IMG/VR virus record: IMGVR_UViG_3300022689_000474
Location: 32,001-96,000 of that record
DNA from: a virus
DNA length: 64,000 bases
Strand: one strand, 5' to 3'
Positions 58,975-64,000 of the stretch are shown piece by piece. Below the pieces are notes generated by a model that was given only the letters and a program-made list of their open reading frames with translations, had not been told where the DNA came from and ran no database searches. The number at the start of each line of letters is the position of its first letter. The stretch's first letter is position 1. Both the position numbers and the translations under genes were made by a program.

Positions 58975-61900
58975 ATGAGTGATCCACTTTATGAATCTCA
59001 ATTAGCTACATTAAACCTAGAAGATCCACCTATTGAACAGGGTCCAGATGTAACTTGTTATAAATATGTATTGGTTCCAGACTATCTTGTAGATTTCTAT
59101 AAGAATAATATTAAAGATAGGTCTAAAGTTTTAATTAATGAAGAAATGGATGGAACGGGGGATAAGAAAATAATAATGGTTGATATTACTATAGATAATT
59201 TTGTCCTCTTTGAAGCTCTTAATTATTTAGCAGAAGAAATAAGTGGATTTTCTACATTTACTGATGTAAGTAATGAAGAACAATATATAATATTAGAAGA
59301 AATCTTAAATAATCCTTCTTATAAAAATGCTGTTTCAGAATATATAAATAAAAAAATCTCTGAAACAACTAAAAGTCTTGGATTGAGTAATGATATAAAA
59401 GTGACATATAGATTAATAGGATTTGAAGCTCTTTATACTTTTTATAACTTGGATAGTATTTTTAAGAAAAGTGATATAGGAGCGACTCTTACTATAGATC
59501 AAGATCTCTTAGATTTTTCTACTCGATTACTTAGAGAAAGTATCAAAGGTTTAAGACTATTTACATTTGACCCCCCATTAGTAGAGAAAAAAAATCCTGA
59601 TGATAGTTTTAGATATGAAGTAATACCTCTTCATTTATTTAAGAATGCTCAAGTAGGTTTTGAGTATGATATTACGTTTAATATAGATTATGTACCTCAA
59701 GAGGGCTGTCAAGAACCTCAAGCTGAAACTGCCCCTACTCAACCAACTCCAACTATTACAGCAGAAGAAGCTACAGTACCAATAGATGCTACTTCTATTA
59801 GTCCGATAGAAGATGAAGAGGTAGTATCACAAACTACTCCTAATGGATCTCTTTACTGTCCTACTGATGAACAGGTTGAGTTAGAAATAGATACCTTAAG
59901 AAAAAAAGCAATTCTTTCATATGAAACTCTAATATCTGAAGCTGAAAGTTTTACATTCACAGATTCAGTATCGGAGTTATATAACAATATTAAGCCATCT
60001 TTAGTTAATATAGATAAAGAGAATTTATTAGATTCTATATTTTCTAAAACTATTGGAGAAGATACTACTCTATCTAAATTAATTCAAGCACAAGACAATC
60101 TAAATCAAATAATACTTCAAATAACAAATGACAGTATTCCATCATCAACTGATCTTGATAAAAACAAGTTAGAGACTTTATACAACCATATTCAAAATAT
60201 TATAGATATACATCGACAGTATCTAACTTTGATAAATTATAAGGATAATTGTGAAAATCCAGAAGTAAATGATAAACTTATTGAACCTGAACCTGTTGAA
60301 CCTACAGAGAAACCAGAAGTACCTCAAGAAGAAGTAGAAGTAGATGCAGGTCCTTGTGAAATATTCCCTAATAAAGGAAATGATGATTGGGGTATTAAAT
60401 TTACTTATAAAGAAAGTCCTAATATAAGTGGATTACTTAGGGCTAGTTGTGAAGGTACTGCCGGTTCATTCTATGATGATACTGGAGAGAATGATGATAT
60501 TGAAGAAGAAGTTCTTCTTAATAATCAAGAAGAAGGCGGAGAAGGATCAGAAGATAGACAAGCTTTAGCAGAAGCTACAATAAACACAATAGAAGAGAGA
60601 GAACAAAGAATAGCAGAAGAAGGTAGTGCGGTATCAGGGCCAAGTACTCCTGAGTTATCATCATCTTCTGGAGGTTATTCATCAGGAGGAGAATTACATG
60701 AATGGGAAATGACTTTATTACCCGCCATGAGATCAGTAGTTCCAAAAAGTCCTGGTATGGATGTTCCTAATGTAATGCCTGGTTTACAATTCCAGATACG
60801 TTCAAATATAGCTAAACATAGAGTACCTGGAGGACAAGCTATATATCAGAATTTAGGTGTAGATTCTGTCATGGTAACTATAGTAGGTTGTTTTACAGGT
60901 GATGGGGGGTATGCTACAGAAGCTTCCTTGGCTGGAAGGGGAGAGAGTGTAACTACTGCTTCTCCAATACTTTCAGAGGGTGATAATCCTTTCATAAATT
61001 TAAGTAGAGAACTAAGTGATGATGAAAAAACCCAACTTGAGAACTTTCCTTTAGAAACAGATCCCCAGAATGCATTAAATACATTTAATAGTTCTAATGT
61101 TACAGATATGAACTTTAATGGTTTATCTAGTATATCTACAAGTTCTATGAAACCTACAGGAAGGGGAGGAAGAATATGGGAATTAGATGGATGCCCCTGT
61201 GATCCTGATATGGGTAACTCTTATTTATCTAATAGTGACCAACCATATATAGTAGGTAGTGGAAGTAAAGTAATACCTCAATACTTTAATGGACCTGATT
61301 GGAATCAGAGACCAACGATGTTTACATTATATGAACAATTAAGGAGATTAGATTCATATCATGAATTTACTTCTTTTTATAAAATGGCTATAGAACAAGG
61401 AAGAGAATTAGAAATAGAGATAAATTTAGATAAATATAGTAATGGTTTAGAATCTCAAAAGAATTTATATAAGAAGTATGGATTAGATTCTACATCATCA
61501 GTAAAACATATGGATAGTGATTGGGGTCCTTTAAGGAATGGTGCTAATGGTAATCCTAGATTCAAAGGACTTATTAAAGCAATGGAAGTATATCATTCTA
61601 AAGGGGATAGAACATGGTATTTAATGCAAGTAGAATTAACGGATTTAGGTCTTACTACTGATATCCCTTTAAATCTTACTAAGATAGTACAAGAGGCAAG
61701 TGATCAAGCCATACAAGAAGCAGGTAGTGAAGATGATAGTGGATTTACAACAGAGTCGAATAGATTACTTGACTGTTTACTTATGGAACATCCTGAATAT
61801 TCTGTGGATCAATTTAATGATGTACCTAATAGAGCTTATTATAGATCAAGTACTAGTGATTCTAATAAAAATAATAGAATGGTATGGTCTACTACAACTG

Positions 61901-64000
61901 GACAAGGTATGTTATATACTGTTGAGAAAGTAAAAGTAGCTAAGCAAGAAATTAAGTATGCTAAAGCAATTGGTTCAAAGACTCTATTAGAACCTAGAGA
62001 AATGATAGGAGCTCTTATAGAAGGAGGAAGAAGTAGTAGATGGAAGTTATCTGATATAAGATCTTTTAAGAAATATTTACATTTATTAAATACTGGAGCT
62101 ATTTATGCCATTCCAAATTCTGCTGCGGGAAATTGTGGTAATCAAGCCCCTAGACCGAGAGAAGAAGGAAATGAACTTGAAGTTGCTCTTGGACCTTCTG
62201 AAGCTGTAGGAGATAATACATTAAGATATGGAAATATTCAATCTATTCCTTGGTTGAGTGAATTACTTGAGGGTGTTGACTCGAAGGATCCTAATCATTT
62301 AGGTTATTGGAAACCTAAACAATGGAAAACAGAAGAATTAGGAGGTGGAGAAAGTGAAAACGTTACTAAACTTTTCTCCTCTTTAAATGAGATTTATAAT
62401 GATGAAGATCTAACCGATTCTAATATTGATACTGCTTGGTTTATGGGATATAGATTAAAACTTATTAAAACTGGCCCATTACAAGGCTATGGACTTATTA
62501 GAAGAAGTAATAACGCTTTTACAATATTAAACCCTGCCCAAGTTATTCTTAATATTACTGAAGGTGAAGGCACTGGTAATTGGAAAAACTTTAATGTTGA
62601 AGGAGACTTAGAAAAAGTCATAAGTAATGTTTGTTTAAGAAGAAATCCTAACGGAATACTTGATAGGATGTCTACTGGTTATGGAAGTGATGATCCACAA
62701 CTTATAAAAGAACAAGCTGAGTCTTGTATGACCTTTTTTACTCAGGGTGATATAGCTAATTGGCAGTCTTCTTCTATAGATACTGGAGATCCATATAGGA
62801 TTGGAGATGGAGAATTAATCAGAAGACTTGTTGCTAAAGTTTTACTAAGTTGTGGGAGTCTAGTTGTAGATGTAGTTGGTGGATTGTTTTTATCAGTAGC
62901 AGCTGGTTTATTAACTGGTGGTGTTTTAGCTTTTATAGGAGCAGTCTTTACTCTTTTTACTGCGGTTGTTGCTTTAATTGATTGTCTTAAAGCAAGTTGG
63001 GATATAATTCAATACTTAAGGTTAGAAGATAAAAGTAGAATTTCTGTACCCAGTAATCAGGAATTACAACTAGATATTCTCTTTGCATTAGTTCCTTTCG
63101 TTCCCCAATTAGGTGCTTTTAAAACATTTGTTAATGCGGCTCGAGGTGCTTTTCAAAAGATTAAAACTGTTGCTCAAGCCTTTGAAAAGATACCTATATT
63201 AGGTAGTGTAATAGGCGTCGTTAAAAAAATGTATAAAGCACTTGTTGATTATGTTAAACCTTCTCCAGGCACAGAGGCACTTCTAAATAGAATCTCTGAT
63301 TTTCTTGAAGATGTAAGATTGAAAATGGGGAAAAAACCAGCTCCTACTACTCCTGGTACTCCTGGTTCTAGTACTCCTGGTACTCCTGGTTCTAGTACTC
63401 CTGGTACTCCTGGTTCTGGTAGTACTCCAGGTATACCTTCATTAAAATCAGTAGATGATTTTATAGATGAAATTCCTACTAATATAAGGCAGAGTATTGG
63501 AGAAAATAATCTACAAAGCTTTTTTAATGATCTTGCAAATAAATTTGGTATTCCTAGTAATGCAACTCCAGGTATTACCATTGATGGTGATCTCTTGTAT
63601 TCATGGCATGATGCTGCAGGTGTTCGTCATGAATTAACTCTTTTTCCTAGTGCTGAGTCAGGAAAGGTTCGTATAAAATATGGAAGGGGTCCTGATATAG
63701 GTCAAGTAAAAACTGTAAGTGATGGAGTATATAATGTAGATGATATAGATAATATTATTACTAATCCCCCTCCTAATAATACTCCTCCAGGTACTACCTC
63801 TCCCCCTGTAAATAAAATCTCTGTACAAGATTTTAAAAATCAAGTTACTTTATCACCACAAGTTGTTGATTCTATAAATGCTAATCAACTAACATCAGAT
63901 CAATTTATAGACAGTCTAATAAATAAATTTAATATATCTCAAGATGCTAATTTCACCACTCTAGCAGATGGTTCAATTATTGCTGATTGGGAAGTTAATG
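58975..64000 (+). CDS. giant protein (>1675 aa, partial; absent from ORF track) with tube-initiator-like fold, hydrophobic hairpin and repeats
   Basis: GAGGT SD at 58961, ATG 58975 (MSDPLYESQL...). Every segment translated by hand was open, and the track reports no closed ORF in this frame. Contains SNIAKHRVPGGQAIYQNLGVDSVMVTIVGCFTG...QGRELEIEI...FKGLIKAMEVYHSKGDRTWYLMQVEL (P2 gpU / Mu gp43-N-like). Confidence 0.85.
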   Translation, partial: MSDPLYESQLATLNLEDPPIEQGPDVTCYKYVLVPDYLVDFYKNNIKDRSKVLINEEMDGTGDKKIIMVDITIDNFVLFEALNYLAEEISGFSTFTDVSNEEQYIILEEILNNPSYKNAVSEYINKKISETTKSLGLSNDIKVTYRLIGFEALYTFYNLDSIFKKSDIGATLTIDQDLLDFSTRLLRESIKGLRLFTFDPPLVEKKNPDDSFRYEVIPLHLFKNAQVGFEYDITFNIDYVPQEGCQEPQAETAPTQPTPTITAEEATVPIDATSISPIEDEEVVSQTTPNGSLYCPTDEQVELEIDTLRKKAILSYETLISEAESFTFTDSVSELYNNIKPSLVNIDKENLLDSIFSKTIGEDTTLSKLIQAQDNLNQIILQITNDSIPSSTDLDKNKLETLYNHIQNIIDIHRQYLTLINYKDNCENPEVNDKLIEPEPVEPTEKPEVPQEEVEVDAGPCEIFPNKGNDDWGIKFTYKESPNISGLLRASCEGTAGSFYDDTGENDDIEEEVLLNNQEEGGEGSEDRQALAEATINTIEEREQRIAEEGSAVSGPSTPELSSSSGGYSSGGELHEWEMTLLPAMRSVVPKSPGMDVPNVMPGLQFQIRSNIAKHRVPGGQAIYQNLGVDSVMVTIVGCFTGDGGYATEASLAGRGESVTTASPILSEGDNPFINLSRELSDDEKTQLENFPLETDPQNALNTFNSSNVTDMNFNGLSSISTSSMKPTGRGGRIWELDGCPCDPDMGNSYLSNSDQPYIVGSGSKVIPQYFNGPDWNQRPTMFTLYEQLRRLDSYHEFTSFYKMAIEQGRELEIEINLDKYSNGLESQKNLYKKYGLDSTSSVKHMDSDWGPLRNGANGNPRFKGLIKAMEVYHSKGDRTWYLMQVELTDLGLTTDIPLNLTKIVQEASDQAIQEAGSEDDSGFTTESNRLLDCLLMEHPEYSVDQFNDVPNRAYYRSSTSDSNKNNRMVWSTTTGQGMLYTVEKVKVAKQEIKYAKAIGSKTLLEPREMIGALIEGGRSSRWKLSDIRSFKKYLHLLNTGAIYAIPNSAAGNCGNQAPRPREEGNELEVALGPSEAVGDNTLRYGNIQSIPWLSELLEGVDSKDPNHLGYWKPKQWKTEELGGGESENVTKLFSSLNEIYNDEDLTDSNIDTAWFMGYRLKLIKTGPLQGYGLIRRSNNAFTILNPAQVILNITEGEGTGNWKNFNVEGDLEKVISNVCLRRNPNGILDRMSTGYGSDDPQLIKEQAESCMTFFTQGDIANWQSSSIDTGDPYRIGDGELIRRLVAKVLLSCGSLVVDVVGGLFLSVAAGLLTGGVLAFIGAVFTLFTAVVALIDCLKASWDIIQYLRLEDKSRISVPSNQELQLDILFALVPFVPQLGAFKTFVNAARGAFQKIKTVAQAFEKIPILGSVIGVVKKMYKALVDYVKPSPGTEALLNRISDFLEDVRLKMGKKPAPTTPGTPGSSTPGTPGSSTPGTPGSGSTPGIPSLKSVDDFIDEIPTNIRQSIGENNLQSFFNDLANKFGIPSNATPGITIDGDLLYSWHDAAGVRHELTLFPSAESGKVRIKYGRGPDIGQVKTVSDGVYNVDDIDNIITNPPPNNTPPGTTSPPVNKISVQDFKNQVTLSPQVVDSINANQLTSDQFIDSLINKFNISQDANFTTLADGSIIADWEVN
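63349..63417 (+). repeat. 24-bp tandem coding repeat (TPGTPGSS, about 3 copies)
   Basis: ACTCCTGGTACTCCTGGTTCTAGT x2 plus a 21-bp third copy. Confidence 0.9.

Noticed and set aside
1221-63843. Short alternate-frame and antisense ORFs in the track (e.g. 1221..1427, 3662..3919, 5582..5941, 9280..9558, 19013..19575, 49670..50149, 61700..61933, 63249..63581, 63658..63843)
   Set aside because: They lie within longer motif-bearing genes and read as shadow translations; the last three overlap the giant ORF starting at 58975.
1-64000. Stop-codon reassignment
   Set aside because: Genes are long and tightly packed in the standard code, and TAA, TAG and TGA all end credible genes.
1-64000. tRNA/rRNA genes, integrase, terminase, HIP1 or restriction-site avoidance signal
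   Set aside because: None recognised by eye; intergenic gaps are short and AT-rich. Site avoidance needs k-mer statistics that I could not compute.

Overview
AT-rich (roughly 70% A+T by eye), gene-dense segment of a large contractile-tailed (myovirus-type) phage, read in the standard genetic code. Positions 1-7000 are an accessory block: a truncated PAAR-like gene missed by the ORF track, a tandem-PAS/coiled-coil/membrane protein, and a minus-strand run of FecR-domain protein, small exported protein, CHASE2-GGDEF diguanylate cyclase, DnaJ and an RHH-like protein. From 7058 to the end is an almost entirely plus-strand virion morphogenesis region. It holds a tail-assembly-chaperone pair joined by a -1 slippery site, DUF935-type portal, Mu-I-type protease/scaffold, major capsid protein, neck genes, sheath, tube, hub, a spike carrying cell-wall hydrolase domains, an amidase, a GH108-M23-M15B triple hydrolase, baseplate wedge genes, two DUF4815 paralogues and two fibre paralogues. 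It ends in a >1675-codon ORF (also missing from the track) that joins a tube-initiator-like fold to a hydrophobic hairpin and repeats. Several domains look like cyanobacterial family members, so a cyanobacterial host is inferred. The most novel candidate system is the apparently complete phage-encoded transmembrane c-di-GMP signalling cassette (FecR / exported protein / CHASE2-GGDEF), which converges on a PAS sensor gene. No terminase, clear tape measure, tRNA, rRNA, CRISPR array or integrase was seen. All family calls come from motif recognition by eye; no database searches were run.
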